The notes beneath the pieces were generated by a model, which worked only from the letters and a program-made list of their open reading frames with translations, had not been told where the DNA came from and did not search any database. From contig CAYSHP010000005.1 of the NCBI GenBank assembly GCA_964430875.1, positions 8,740 to 72,739 of the forward strand: 64,000 nucleotides of DNA, read 5' to 3'. This stretch comes from an uncultured Halanaerobiales bacterium (GTDB taxonomy: Bacteria; Bacillota; Halanaerobiia; Halanaerobiales; M55B127). This document shows positions 18,258 through 28,403 of this stretch, one piece after another; within the stretch, counting starts at the first letter, position 1, and every line of letters starts with the position of its first letter. Made by a program: the position numbers and the translations under genes.

Positions 18258-19859
18258 TTATATTGAAATCTTTTCAAACCTTTTATCTAAAATATTATAT
18301 AAATAATAACGGCTAATTAGATAAAGCAGAGTAAATATAATCGCTATTATTAGTAATAGTAAATTGTAATTTGTAAATTGATTACCTATTAATCTGTAAA
18401 TCCCAAATAAGATTAAGCCGAGAACAAATCTTAGTCCTAATGCCATTGTAACATTCATATTATTTTTCACAGCAGCTGTAGGATGAGACCAATTTAATAT
18501 TGGCCTAAAAATATTAATTTTAAAGTCTAATATTGCTAAAAAGAGAGTTAAGGAAACTGTAAAAAATGTGCCGATTAAAACCATATATAAATTCACTGGT
18601 AACATAATATATCCTAAGATCCCTAGTATAAGTGATCCGGTTAGATTAATTACAATTGTAGTCATAATTCGATACTTCATATTCATTTTAATGCTTATTG
18701 GTAATACCTGAGTTTGCCAAAAAGCCTTACCTTCTCTAGTAATAGCAGTAGAAGAAATATTGGAAACAATAGCCGGGAAAACCATTATTCCACTATAGAT
18801 AGGACTAATAAAAGGTTTAAGTTGGCTTGTATTCAATAAATCAAGAGAAAACTGACCGCTAAAGGTCATAATGACATAGATAATTAAGGGTACCACCATA
18901 CTTAATAAAGCATTAAGTAAAAAGGTCGGTTCTTTAATTATAATGAGCATATGTCTTTTAAACAACTGCCAACCTTTTGTAGTCACTTTATATTCTATTT
19001 TACCAGTTTTATTACCTTCCTCAGTAAAAGTTAAAAGAGATCTTTTAAAAAAGTATCTTGCTAAAAATTGTAATATAAATATAAAAACTATGTTAACTAA
19101 AATAAAATATGCTGTATTGGCAAAAGAACCTAATAACATTTTAGTCATCCAAATACTAGGTGGAAACCTTAAACCAATTAAGCCGATTAAACTTTCATTA
19201 TTTAAGAAAGCAGATTGAATTAATTCAGGGTCAGCTGCTTTTTGAGTTATACCCATCTGCATAACAATTATAACAGTTATTAATATTAAATTACCTACCA
19301 TTGTTAACAAATTTTTAAACCGGCTTTTCCTTATTAACTTATTAAAAGCTAATACCAGGATAGAAGAAATTAAAAGTGGTAATAACGGTGCTAATAGAAA
19401 AACAATTGGCCCAAAAATGATGATACTTAAACTAAAACCAGAATTAATCGCATATATAATAATACTAGGCAGAACAAAAGCTCCGCTAATAGCAAGTAGA
19501 TATATATAAACAGTACTCAACTTTGCAAATATTATCTTATCTTCTTCAATTGGAAGAGATGTTAAAAATCTAATATCCTTTGAGAAAAAGAATACTGATA
19601 CAATAATTGGTATACCTAAAAAAAACATCATTATTATGGAATTTACATACATAGAAGTAATCACAAGTTCTGGTTGATTTAATTGAGCAAAAGCCTGATA
19701 AGTAACTAAACTAAAATAAACTGCTGGTGCTATAATAGCTGCACCTAATATCATTTGTGATAAATAGACTAATTTTTTATTTTTGATATTTACACTATTT
19801 TGGGCATTATAATAAATATCCTTAATCTGAATTAATACTAAGCTTTTAAATTTATTCAT
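18258..19859 (-). CDS. ABC-2 type exporter permease (many TM helices)
   Basis: FFFSKDIRFLTSLPI and ITREGKAFW...LPI motifs; overlaps the ATPase gene. Confidence 0.8.
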   Translation of the reverse strand: MNKFKSLVLIQIKDIYYNAQNSVNIKNKKLVYLSQMILGAAIIAPAVYFSLVTYQAFAQLNQPELVITSMYVNSIIMMFFLGIPIIVSVFFFSKDIRFLTSLPIEEDKIIFAKLSTVYIYLLAISGAFVLPSIIIYAINSGFSLSIIIFGPIVFLLAPLLPLLISSILVLAFNKLIRKSRFKNLLTMVGNLILITVIIVMQMGITQKAADPELIQSAFLNNESLIGLIGLRFPPSIWMTKMLLGSFANTAYFILVNIVFIFILQFLARYFFKRSLLTFTEEGNKTGKIEYKVTTKGWQLFKRHMLIIIKEPTFLLNALLSMVVPLIIYVIMTFSGQFSLDLLNTSQLKPFISPIYSGIMVFPAIVSNISSTAITREGKAFWQTQVLPISIKMNMKYRIMTTIVINLTGSLILGILGYIMLPVNLYMVLIGTFFTVSLTLFLAILDFKINIFRPILNWSHPTAAVKNNMNVTMALGLRFVLGLILFGIYRLIGNQFTNYNLLLLIIAIIFTLLYLISRYYLYNILDKRFEKISI

Positions 19860-20580
19860 CTTCCGTCAACTCCAAAAAGATGTCTTCTAAACTTATATCT
19901 GTATTTTGTTTTAGGTTTTTTAAAGTATCACAAGCAATTAGCTGTCCTTCATCAATTATTGCTACTCGGTCACATAAATTTTCCACTACTTCAAGTACAT
20001 GGGAAGAAAAGAAAACCGTCCCTCCCTCTTGACAGTGCTCTCTCATTATATTTTTTAATATACGAGCAGATCTAGGATCTAGACCACCTAAAGGTTCATC
20101 CAAAATTAAAATTTTAGGGTTCGGTAACAAAGCCCCTATTACTAATAATTTTTGCCTCATTCCATGGGAATAGGATTTAATTTGTTGAGTTAAATCTTCA
20201 TAAATTTCAAAGTCTCTTGCATATTTCTCAATAATATTTTCTCTATCCTCTAAAGGAACTTCATACATATCTGCAATAAAGTTTAGATACTCAATACCAC
20301 TGATTGAATCAAATATTTCAGGATGATCAGGCACAAAGGTAAAACTACTCTTAGCCTTAATCGTTTCTTTAGCAATACTGTAACCATTAACTAATATGTC
20401 TCCTTCTGTAATATCCAAAATACCTGTAATCATTCTTATTGTCGTTGTTTTACCAGCACCATTTGGACCTAAAAACCCAAATATTTCACCTTTATTTACA
20501 GTTAAATTAAGATCATCTACAGCCTTTTTATTGTTTTCATAAACTTTTGTAACACTATTTACTTTTAGCATAGCACTCAC
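19852..20580 (-). CDS. ABC transporter ATP-binding protein (EcsA-like)
   Basis: GPNGAGKTT, YSHGMRQK and LDEPLGGLDP. Confidence 0.9.
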   Translation of the reverse strand: MSAMLKVNSVTKVYENNKKAVDDLNLTVNKGEIFGFLGPNGAGKTTTIRMITGILDITEGDILVNGYSIAKETIKAKSSFTFVPDHPEIFDSISGIEYLNFIADMYEVPLEDRENIIEKYARDFEIYEDLTQQIKSYSHGMRQKLLVIGALLPNPKILILDEPLGGLDPRSARILKNIMREHCQEGGTVFFSSHVLEVVENLCDRVAIIDEGQLIACDTLKNLKQNTDISLEDIFLELTEDE

Positions 20581-20595
20581 TCTTTCTTATTTGAT

Positions 20596-21096
20596 TTAAT
20601 TGAAGTAAGATTTAATATCCTCCTCCACCATTTTAGCAGTTTCTCTTGATTTGCTTCTTATTAATATCACCCTTCTATTTCTCGTCCAACTTATATTAGT
20701 AATTCCTTGAGCAGTTTGGACCCAATACTTCCCATATAAAGGTATATTAACCTCCACAGTTTTAATCATGAAATTACCAGTATGTAATTCTTTATATTTA
20801 TTAATACTATTGCGGGCAGTAAAAGGATCTTTGAATCTAAAATAAGATACTATTACCTTATCTCCATTTACCTTAATTTCCTTAATTTCTTTATTTATAA
20901 GACTATCTCTTTCAAAAGCATTAAGTGTCTTTACTCCATTATCTGTCTTATATTTAATTTGATTATAACTTGAGATATAATTACTAAATTCATTAGCATT
21001 TTCAAAAACAGGTAGGTCAATATAGATTGCCGTCCCCACCAAAATCAATACTATTATCAAAAAAAATCCAAGTAAAATTTTACCAACTAACTTCAT
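20596..21096 (-). CDS. Hypothetical membrane-anchored protein
   Basis: N-terminal TM helix, RBS GGAGG and operon context; no family recognised. Confidence 0.55.
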   Translation of the reverse strand: MKLVGKILLGFFLIIVLILVGTAIYIDLPVFENANEFSNYISSYNQIKYKTDNGVKTLNAFERDSLINKEIKEIKVNGDKVIVSYFRFKDPFTARNSINKYKELHTGNFMIKTVEVNIPLYGKYWVQTAQGITNISWTRNRRVILIRSKSRETAKMVEEDIKSYFN

Positions 21097-21122
21097 TCTT
21101 TTATCCTCCTAAATTTTTTTAA

Positions 21123-22436
21123 TTACTTCAACGGCATTACTGCTGTTAAAAGCCAAACAAAAACTAAATCATAAAAAATAATTCTTTGATATAATAACAA
21201 ATGTATTTTTTTAAAGAAAAAACCTAATATTATAATCGGTAATGTTACAATTAATATTTTAAAAAATATTAATGAACCACCGTAATTAAAAGCTGGAATA
21301 TAAACTATAAATGAATAAACATAAGTAATTATTAAGACAGTAATTAGTAGATATAAAAGATCGAAATAGAATTTATTGTAACTTTTATTGTTTAAAAAAA
21401 CATAAGTAATGATTCCAATTATTGCAACAATTAATGCTGTGACAATATATTTTGATATATTATATGGAAATGGACCAAAATAAAATAAATACTTTGATAT
21501 CGTAGCCGACCAAATATAATAAAATAAACCAAAATAAAATATTATTGATATAAATTCTATAAACTTATTAATGTGAAATAATTTCTTTAAATAATATTGC
21601 ATTATTATTACTATACCTATAAAAAATAAAAATGCAGATATTATTTTTAAAATTATGTACTTTATATTTATTTTTTCTAAAGAATAATTTTCCTTATAAT
21701 TTAAACCCACAATTTGTGTTGACCATTTAACTGCTTCTCTAATCAAATTATTATCCCAGGATTCTTTTAAATGATTCGAATTATCAGAAACATATATTGT
21801 TATATCTTCATGTTCTTTATTCTTTTTTATTTCTGATTCACTAATTTTATTTGCTACCTCATATAATTTTTCTGGTGGAACCAATTTATCATTTTTGCCA
21901 GTCCCTAAAAAAACAGCCAGATTCAAATTACCTTTCTCTTCAGGTGGAAATCTTCCTGCAATCGCCACAATTCCCTTTATCTTTTTTGGAATTTTATATC
22001 CCACCCAATAAGCTAAATTAGCACTGGCAGAATGACCTCCTATAATTATTTTATCTTTATCAACATAATCCAATTTTTTCAAATATTGAAAAGAACTTAT
22101 CATATCATCTCTGCTATCAATCCAAGGTTTCTCTTTTTTTCTTCCATAGGATGAACTTCTTAAAAGGACAACAAAACCCTGACTTACAAAACCTTCTGCC
22201 CAATTTTTATATAAAGCTTTATCTGCACCAGCTCCTGATCCAAAAACTATACCTGGAAAAGGACCTTTACCGATTGGTTTATATAAACTAATGGGATCAA
22301 CAATACCTTCAGGATATTCTAATTTAAGTTCTTTTACATGATAATCTCCTATATTATATTGATTCCACAAGGAAGGTCCTATCCACCCAATTAAACCCAT
22401 TATTATTAATATGATCGATATAATTTTATACTTCAT
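21123..22436 (-). CDS. Exported alpha/beta hydrolase with C-terminal multi-TM domain
   Basis: GPFPGIVF, GFVVL, nucleophile elbow GGHSASA, GKNDKLV and SNH; about six C-terminal TM helices. Confidence 0.7.
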   Translation of the reverse strand: MKYKIISIILIIMGLIGWIGPSLWNQYNIGDYHVKELKLEYPEGIVDPISLYKPIGKGPFPGIVFGSGAGADKALYKNWAEGFVSQGFVVLLRSSSYGRKKEKPWIDSRDDMISSFQYLKKLDYVDKDKIIIGGHSASANLAYWVGYKIPKKIKGIVAIAGRFPPEEKGNLNLAVFLGTGKNDKLVPPEKLYEVANKISESEIKKNKEHEDITIYVSDNSNHLKESWDNNLIREAVKWSTQIVGLNYKENYSLEKINIKYIILKIISAFLFFIGIVIIMQYYLKKLFHINKFIEFISIIFYFGLFYYIWSATISKYLFYFGPFPYNISKYIVTALIVAIIGIITYVFLNNKSYNKFYFDLLYLLITVLIITYVYSFIVYIPAFNYGGSLIFFKILIVTLPIIILGFFFKKIHLLLYQRIIFYDLVFVWLLTAVMPLK

Positions 22437-22458
22437 CTAAATACCTCATTTATATAAA

Positions 22459-23229
22459 TTATTTAACAATATCTTTCATTACTAAATCACTGATACTTAG
22501 ACCTAAAAACACTAAAAAATATACGGCAGAAATTATTGTCAAAACTACAATTTTATTTGACAACCCATGAGAGCTTAATAAGTAAGCAGTATTAAAGTAG
22601 TTACTTAAAACAAATGGTCTAAATAAAGTTGATATCTGTCTTAAAATATTCATTAGAAAAAATATCCCAATGGTTAATCCTACAACTGAACCACCTGATT
22701 TTAATTTAAATCCCAGAAACATAATTAGCACTCCAAAGGCTGATAAAGGTACTACAGACAATAAATATAATCCTATGGTATATAATATTCCTTGTGTCTC
22801 GGTCAAAGTAAGGTCGTTAAATTGAAAGGGTATTCCCCATTCCAAAAATAATGCCCCACTTAAATAAGATATCATCATTGTAAATATTACTAATAGAATA
22901 ATTACTGAAATTAAAGTGATTATTTTAGCTGTTAAAAGCTCTAGCCGACTTGCACTGCTTACTAAAGATAATTTCATAGTACCTTCATTATATTCAGTAG
23001 TAATTAGATCAGCCACTAAAATAGCAACGAAGATGGGAATAATCATTTCTGTACTCCATGATAAATTTTCAAGGGGTAAAGTATTTACTGTAAAAGTAAT
23101 TCCAGCATCTTCTATTTTATTAATAATAACGGGAATAAAAGCCATCGCAATAATTATTAAAGTGAATATATAAATTTTTTTCTTTTTAAAAAGTTTGTAA
23201 TATTCATTTTTGATCAAACTATATAACAT
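22459..23229 (-). CDS. ABC-2 permease (BcrB/lantibiotic-immunity-like)
   Basis: LIKNEYYKL and TEYNEGTMKL motifs; ATG 23229 after GGAGG. Confidence 0.8.
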   Translation of the reverse strand: MLYSLIKNEYYKLFKKKKIYIFTLIIIAMAFIPVIINKIEDAGITFTVNTLPLENLSWSTEMIIPIFVAILVADLITTEYNEGTMKLSLVSSASRLELLTAKIITLISVIILLVIFTMMISYLSGALFLEWGIPFQFNDLTLTETQGILYTIGLYLLSVVPLSAFGVLIMFLGFKLKSGGSVVGLTIGIFFLMNILRQISTLFRPFVLSNYFNTAYLLSSHGLSNKIVVLTIISAVYFLVFLGLSISDLVMKDIVK

Positions 23230-24136
23230 CAAACTTACCTCCTGTCTCATTTAAATAATAATCTTCTAATGACTCTTTTTCTGGTATAATATATTTAACT
23301 TTTATACCTCTTTGATTTAATAGATAGTTTATACTTTCAATTTGTTTTTCATTTGTATAAACTAATAAACCATTTTTGCTTGTCTCTATATTTCCAATCG
23401 CATTTTGTTCCTTTAAAATAGTCTTAGCTTCATTTTTCTGTCTAGTATAAATTTCTATCCATTTTTTATTCTCTTTAACATTGATGTATCTATTTGCTAT
23501 AATTCTACCTTCTTGTAGAATTGCCACTCGATTACAAATCTGTTCAACTTCATTTAGCTGATGTGTGCAGATAAAAAAGGTGATATTTTCAGTTTCAGCT
23601 AAGTTTTTAATTAATTCTCTAATTTCTTTTTTACCTTGAGGATCAAGCCCACTGGTTGGTTCATCTAAAATAAGTAACTGAGGATTATTTAATAATGCTC
23701 TTGCTAATCCTAATCTTTGTTTCATGCCTACTGAATAAGTTTGAACTTTATTATCTTTCCTCTCTTTTAAACCAACTTTTTTTAATAAATTTTTGATATC
23801 TATATAGCTTACTTCTTTATACAAATTTGCTGATAGTCTCAAATTTTCATAACCGGTTAGATATTCATAAAAACTAGGTGTTTCTACCATAGTCCCTACT
23901 TTTCTTAAAGCTATTTTAAAATTCTTTTTAACATCTAACCCATCAATTGTAATTTTCCCATCATCTGGTATGACAAGTCCTAATATCATCCGGATTGTAG
24001 TCGATTTACCGGCACCATTTGGACCTAAAAATCCAAATATATCTCCTTTTTTAACCTCTAGATTTACGTTTTTAACAGCCTTATGGTTACCAAAACTCTT
24101 CTGTAAATTTTCAATTTTTAAAATAATATCTTCCAT
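23219..24136 (-). CDS. ABC ATP-binding protein (BcrA-like)
   Basis: GPNGAGKST, YSVGMKQR and LDEPTSGLDP. Confidence 0.9.
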   Translation of the reverse strand: MEDIILKIENLQKSFGNHKAVKNVNLEVKKGDIFGFLGPNGAGKSTTIRMILGLVIPDDGKITIDGLDVKKNFKIALRKVGTMVETPSFYEYLTGYENLRLSANLYKEVSYIDIKNLLKKVGLKERKDNKVQTYSVGMKQRLGLARALLNNPQLLILDEPTSGLDPQGKKEIRELIKNLAETENITFFICTHQLNEVEQICNRVAILQEGRIIANRYINVKENKKWIEIYTRQKNEAKTILKEQNAIGNIETSKNGLLVYTNEKQIESINYLLNQRGIKVKYIIPEKESLEDYYLNETGGKFDVI

Positions 24137-24186
24137 AAAAAAAATACCTCCAGTATTTGATCTTAAATTTATAATACTAGAGGTAT
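24137..24186 (-). terminator. 13-bp hairpin plus U8 tract overlapping the RBS of the BcrA-like gene
   Basis: Minus strand ATACCTCTAGTAT-N17-ATACTGGAGGTAT, then a T run directly before ATG. Confidence 0.55.
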
Positions 24187-24224
24187 CTTAAGTACTAATT
24201 ATGAAATTATTAAAATTTTATTAA

Positions 24225-25640
24225 CTATATTAATGGAAGTTTGAAATAAAATGTTGAACCCTCGCCACGTATGCTTTCAACACCTATTTGGCCATTATGT
24301 GCTTCAATGATTTCACTACATATTGCCAAACCAAGACCAGTACCACCAAACTGGCGGGAACGAGATTTTTCTCCCCGATAAAATTTATCAAATATATTTT
24401 TTTCATCTTCTTTTTTTATTCCTACCCCATTATCAGTTATGTAAACAATAAAGTAATTTTGATCTTTATCAAAATTAATTTCAACCTTACCTTCTTTATC
24501 AATAAACTCTCTGGCATTTTTAATTATATTATCTACTACTTGACCAATACGATTTTTATCTACCTTTATTTTAGCATCAGGAATAGGTTTTTCAATAATT
24601 AATTTTTGACTTATTTCTTCAAATTCCAATTTATATGGATTTAATATTTCATTAAAGACTTTTCTACTGCTGTATTCGTTTTTTTCAATATTTAATTTGT
24701 CTAACTCTAATTTTGAAAAATAAAAAAGATCATCAATTAAATGGTTTAGCTTTATAGACTTATCTTTGATAATCTGTAAATATTTATTAAAAGATTCTTC
24801 ATCTTTAGGAATACCATCAATTAGACCTTCTACATATCCCTGTATAGAAGTAATTGGAGTTTTTAAATCATGTGAAATACTGGCAATTAACTCTTTGCGA
24901 TTATTTTCATATAACGATTGTTTCTCTAGAGATTCTTTTAACTTTAAACGCATTGTTTCAAAAGCACGACAGAAGTTACCTAATTCATTTTTACCACAAT
25001 AATCTATTTCATAGCCTAAATTACCCTCAGCAATATTTTTTGTTGCTTCGTTTAATTCTTCTAAAGGAATCAAAATCTGTCTAGATATGATACGGCTAAA
25101 ATAATATACCAAAAAACCTAACAGAATAATTGAAATTCCCACACCAATAACTACATAACGCATTACAGTCCCCTGAACAGATTGAAACATAGTTGTTCTA
25201 TTAAAAACCAAAGAATAGATATACTTTCCATTATCAGTTTCTAGCTCTTTAAGATATGTAAAATAATCGGAATTTAAATTTGAACTTATATTCAAATTAC
25301 CATAGTCAAATTTTCTTGGATGTGAATTAGTATCAAAAATAATCATATCATTTGTGGGATCAATAATTTGTAAATCTCCCTGATACTTTCCTAATAAAGG
25401 ATTTAAAGAAGTTGAAAATTCTTCTTTATTATTTACTTGATTAATATTATCTTTAATTTTTTCTTCAAATTCATTTATAACAGTATCTACTTCTGTTAAT
25501 GTAGAACTATTATTTAAATAAACTCCTAAAATATTAAAAAAAACAAAATAAAAAATTAAGGGGATTATAACTATCAATATAAAATAAATAATTAATTTCT
25601 TTCTTAAATTCATTTTGAACAGGCTTTTAAACCATTTCAT
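24225..25640 (-). CDS. Sensor histidine kinase (HAMP-HisKA-HATPase)
   Basis: ISHDLKTPITSI, NIIKNA, DNGVGI and GTGLGLAI; two TM helices. Confidence 0.95.
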   Translation of the reverse strand: MKWFKSLFKMNLRKKLIIYFILIVIIPLIFYFVFFNILGVYLNNSSTLTEVDTVINEFEEKIKDNINQVNNKEEFSTSLNPLLGKYQGDLQIIDPTNDMIIFDTNSHPRKFDYGNLNISSNLNSDYFTYLKELETDNGKYIYSLVFNRTTMFQSVQGTVMRYVVIGVGISIILLGFLVYYFSRIISRQILIPLEELNEATKNIAEGNLGYEIDYCGKNELGNFCRAFETMRLKLKESLEKQSLYENNRKELIASISHDLKTPITSIQGYVEGLIDGIPKDEESFNKYLQIIKDKSIKLNHLIDDLFYFSKLELDKLNIEKNEYSSRKVFNEILNPYKLEFEEISQKLIIEKPIPDAKIKVDKNRIGQVVDNIIKNAREFIDKEGKVEINFDKDQNYFIVYITDNGVGIKKEDEKNIFDKFYRGEKSRSRQFGGTGLGLAICSEIIEAHNGQIGVESIRGEGSTFYFKLPLI

Positions 25641-26338
25641 CTTTTGTCACCAACAAACTTATATCCAACTCCCCAAACAGTTTCAATATATTGAGGATTA
25701 GAGGAATCTTCTTCAATTTTTTCTCTGATTTTTCTAATATGTACAGTAACAGTATTAATATCACCAAATTCATTAAATCCCCAGATTTGATCAAATATTT
25801 GTTCTCGACTGTATACTCTTTCGGGATTTAAGGCTAAAAATTTCAATATTTCAAATTCTTTAGCAGATAGCTGAATTTTTTCACCGTTTAAATGAACATT
25901 ATAACCATCTAAGTCTATCTTTAGGTCTTTAAATTCTATATTATTATTATTAAAGTTTGCTTTAGAAAGTTGATTATATCTTCGTAGTTGTGCTTTTATG
26001 CGAGCAACCAGTTCCTTAGGACTAAACGGTTTTGTCATATAATCATCAGCACCTAAACCTAATCCCAATACTTTATCAACATCACTTTTTTTAGCACTTA
26101 ACATTAAAATGGGAATATTGGATTTATTCCTAATAATTTTACAGATCTCCATCCCGTCTATCTTGGGTAGCATAATATCCAATACGATAATATCAGGTTC
26201 AAAAGATTCAAATAATTCTAGACCTTCCTCACCATCTTCGGCCATACTTACCCGAAAACCTTCAACTTCTAAATAATCTCTTATTAATTCTCTAATTTCC
26301 TTTTCGTCATCAACAATCAAAACTTTTTCTTCAGACAT
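25637..26338 (-). CDS. OmpR-family response regulator
   Basis: VDDE, LDIMLP, GADDYMTKPF and YIETVWGVGYKF. Confidence 0.95.
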   Translation of the reverse strand: MSEEKVLIVDDEKEIRELIRDYLEVEGFRVSMAEDGEEGLELFESFEPDIIVLDIMLPKIDGMEICKIIRNKSNIPILMLSAKKSDVDKVLGLGLGADDYMTKPFSPKELVARIKAQLRRYNQLSKANFNNNNIEFKDLKIDLDGYNVHLNGEKIQLSAKEFEILKFLALNPERVYSREQIFDQIWGFNEFGDINTVTVHIRKIREKIEEDSSNPQYIETVWGVGYKFVGDKR

Positions 26339-26400
26339 TATTTCACCTCATTCAAAAATTATTATATTACTATAATTAATTAAATATTAAAATATTCCTT

Positions 26401-27393
26401 TTAAAAATTATCTATTATCTCTTCTAAATTCCCATTTAGCTCAAATCCAGCCTTAATGCCCTTATCATTTGTTATAATATTATTATTTGATTTATCAATT
26501 AATTTTACTGATATATTTGCGTTTAAACTTTCTTCGACATTCTTTACCATATCTGTTTTAAATGGTCCTTTTAATAAAGCTCCTTTTTTATAATTAGCTT
26601 TAATGCTCAAAATATATTTATTATTTTCTACTTCAATTTCAACATTTTCATTTATTTTTTTGAACTTAATAATCTTTGCATTATTATATGTAGTAAATTT
26701 GTAAAGTTTATCTTTATGGTGAAAACCAATTATAAAACCACGAAATTCCCTGGATAACCAGGGAATTGTTGCTATAGATACCATTAAGGAACTACTTTTT
26801 TCATTAAAATGATTAGTTTGTAGCCAAAGCCAAGCACTAGGAAAGCGACTACCCCAATCCTTTTCTATGTATCCTTTACCATTATTAAAATCTATTTTTT
26901 TATTATTAATTGTTAAAAATCCAGTAATATTATGATTAAAACTTAAAACACCATGATTACATTCCATAAATGGAATAAAGCCATACCATCCCATTGCTCC
27001 AGGAGAAAAAATTTTAACCGGCCAGGGTTTGAGATCATCAAATTTTAATTTACCCTCTATATTAATCTTTTTATCTTTAATATTTAAACTAATTTCCTCT
27101 TTAGAAAATATATTTTTATCAATTTTAACATAAAAAATATCTTTAGTTGCTTGAAATCTATTTACATCATATTTGATAAAATAAGATTGGTTTTTAGTAC
27201 CATCCAATATCTGAATAAAAGAATGGTCTTTTCTTTTGGATTTACTTTTAAATATTCCTGGAATAAAAGCAAAAATATTTTCTGCATTTTTGTCAGCAAC
27301 TTTAAAATACCAACCTTCAAAAAAATCTTGTTGGTCTTTATTTTCGCCATGATATACTTCAGGATGGTAGATAGTTTTTAAACTCTTTAACAT
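26401..27393 (-). CDS. Tocopherol cyclase-like family protein
   Basis: FFEGWYFKV, PGAMGWY, CNHGVLS, GYIEKDWGSRFPSAWLWLQ. Alternative GTG start at 27402. Confidence 0.8.
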   Translation of the reverse strand: MLKSLKTIYHPEVYHGENKDQQDFFEGWYFKVADKNAENIFAFIPGIFKSKSKRKDHSFIQILDGTKNQSYFIKYDVNRFQATKDIFYVKIDKNIFSKEEISLNIKDKKINIEGKLKFDDLKPWPVKIFSPGAMGWYGFIPFMECNHGVLSFNHNITGFLTINNKKIDFNNGKGYIEKDWGSRFPSAWLWLQTNHFNEKSSSLMVSIATIPWLSREFRGFIIGFHHKDKLYKFTTYNNAKIIKFKKINENVEIEVENNKYILSIKANYKKGALLKGPFKTDMVKNVEESLNANISVKLIDKSNNNIITNDKGIKAGFELNGNLEEIIDNF

Positions 27394-27410
27394 TATTATC
27401 ACTTCTTTAT

Positions 27411-28391
27411 TTATAATCTATCATTATTCTTACCTGAATCGGTAAGATCTATTAGTTCTTCCGGAAAAGGATTAATAAAAGTTTGTTCTTTTAGATAATC
27501 TATATCATATTCAATAATCCAGGATCTTAAGAGGTGAACTGGTACTGAAAGTGGTATCTTGTTATCTCTATATTTTTCAATAATATTTAAAAAGAAATTT
27601 TTCTCTTCAGTGGTAAGTTCCTTCTTAAAATAACCATAAATATGTTGTAGTACATTTATAATAGCTTTATAGTGTGGTGGTTCATCTAATATATCGTTTA
27701 ATTTTTCTTCATAAATATTATATACTTTATGAATAGGTAAATCTTTATGGTTAGCCACTATTCTACCCATTTCTCTTAACTTTTCTTGATCATAAGCCAT
27801 TAAAAGATACTTATTATTGGCATGGTAATTCACTAAGTTTTTCATTTTTCTTTTCTCAGTACTACTAATACTCCTAAAATTAGCTAGTCCAAACAGTTTT
27901 GTTAAAAAATGCTCTCTTAATCTTAAATTGTTTAATCTGCCATCACTCTCAACAGCAGTGTGGGGAAATAAATCAAAAGCTTTTTGAGCAAAAAAGCCCA
28001 CTCCATTATGATGTATAACCTGACCTTCAATTCCAGAATATACTTTTATATCTTTATGACCACAGGAAGGAGAACGTTCTTTAAATATAAAACCATCAAT
28101 TTCATCAAATTCTGATAAAAACTGTTCAGAAAAACTTCCCATAGCTTTTGTTAAATCTTTTTTAGTTCTAGGTTGAATTAATTTAAGTTCATATGTTTCT
28201 TTATCCCGCACTATACGAATTGTTTGGCGGGGAACTCCTAAACCTATTTCCATTTCTGGACATACTGGAAAATATTCTACAAAATCCTCTAATTGATTTA
28301 AAAAATCAATGTTAAACATTTGTCCACTATAATAACAATGAGCAAAACCTAAACATTTACTTATTACTACCTTTGGTGTAGCAAATCCCAT
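27411..28391 (-). CDS. DUF523 (TudS)-DUF1722 fusion, RudS/YbgA-like [4Fe-4S] desulfidase
   Basis: SKCLGFAHC, CPEMEIGLGVPR and SPSCG, then DUF1722 motif HANNKYLLMAY. Confidence 0.85.
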   Translation of the reverse strand: MGFATPKVVISKCLGFAHCYYSGQMFNIDFLNQLEDFVEYFPVCPEMEIGLGVPRQTIRIVRDKETYELKLIQPRTKKDLTKAMGSFSEQFLSEFDEIDGFIFKERSPSCGHKDIKVYSGIEGQVIHHNGVGFFAQKAFDLFPHTAVESDGRLNNLRLREHFLTKLFGLANFRSISSTEKRKMKNLVNYHANNKYLLMAYDQEKLREMGRIVANHKDLPIHKVYNIYEEKLNDILDEPPHYKAIINVLQHIYGYFKKELTTEEKNFFLNIIEKYRDNKIPLSVPVHLLRSWIIEYDIDYLKEQTFINPFPEELIDLTDSGKNNDRL

Positions 28392-28403
28392 TTTTATTCT
28401 CCT

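Noticed and set aside
26401-27393. Evidence for vitamin E biosynthesis
   Set aside because: No prenyltransferase, HPPD or methyltransferase partners in the window; the family name alone does not establish function.
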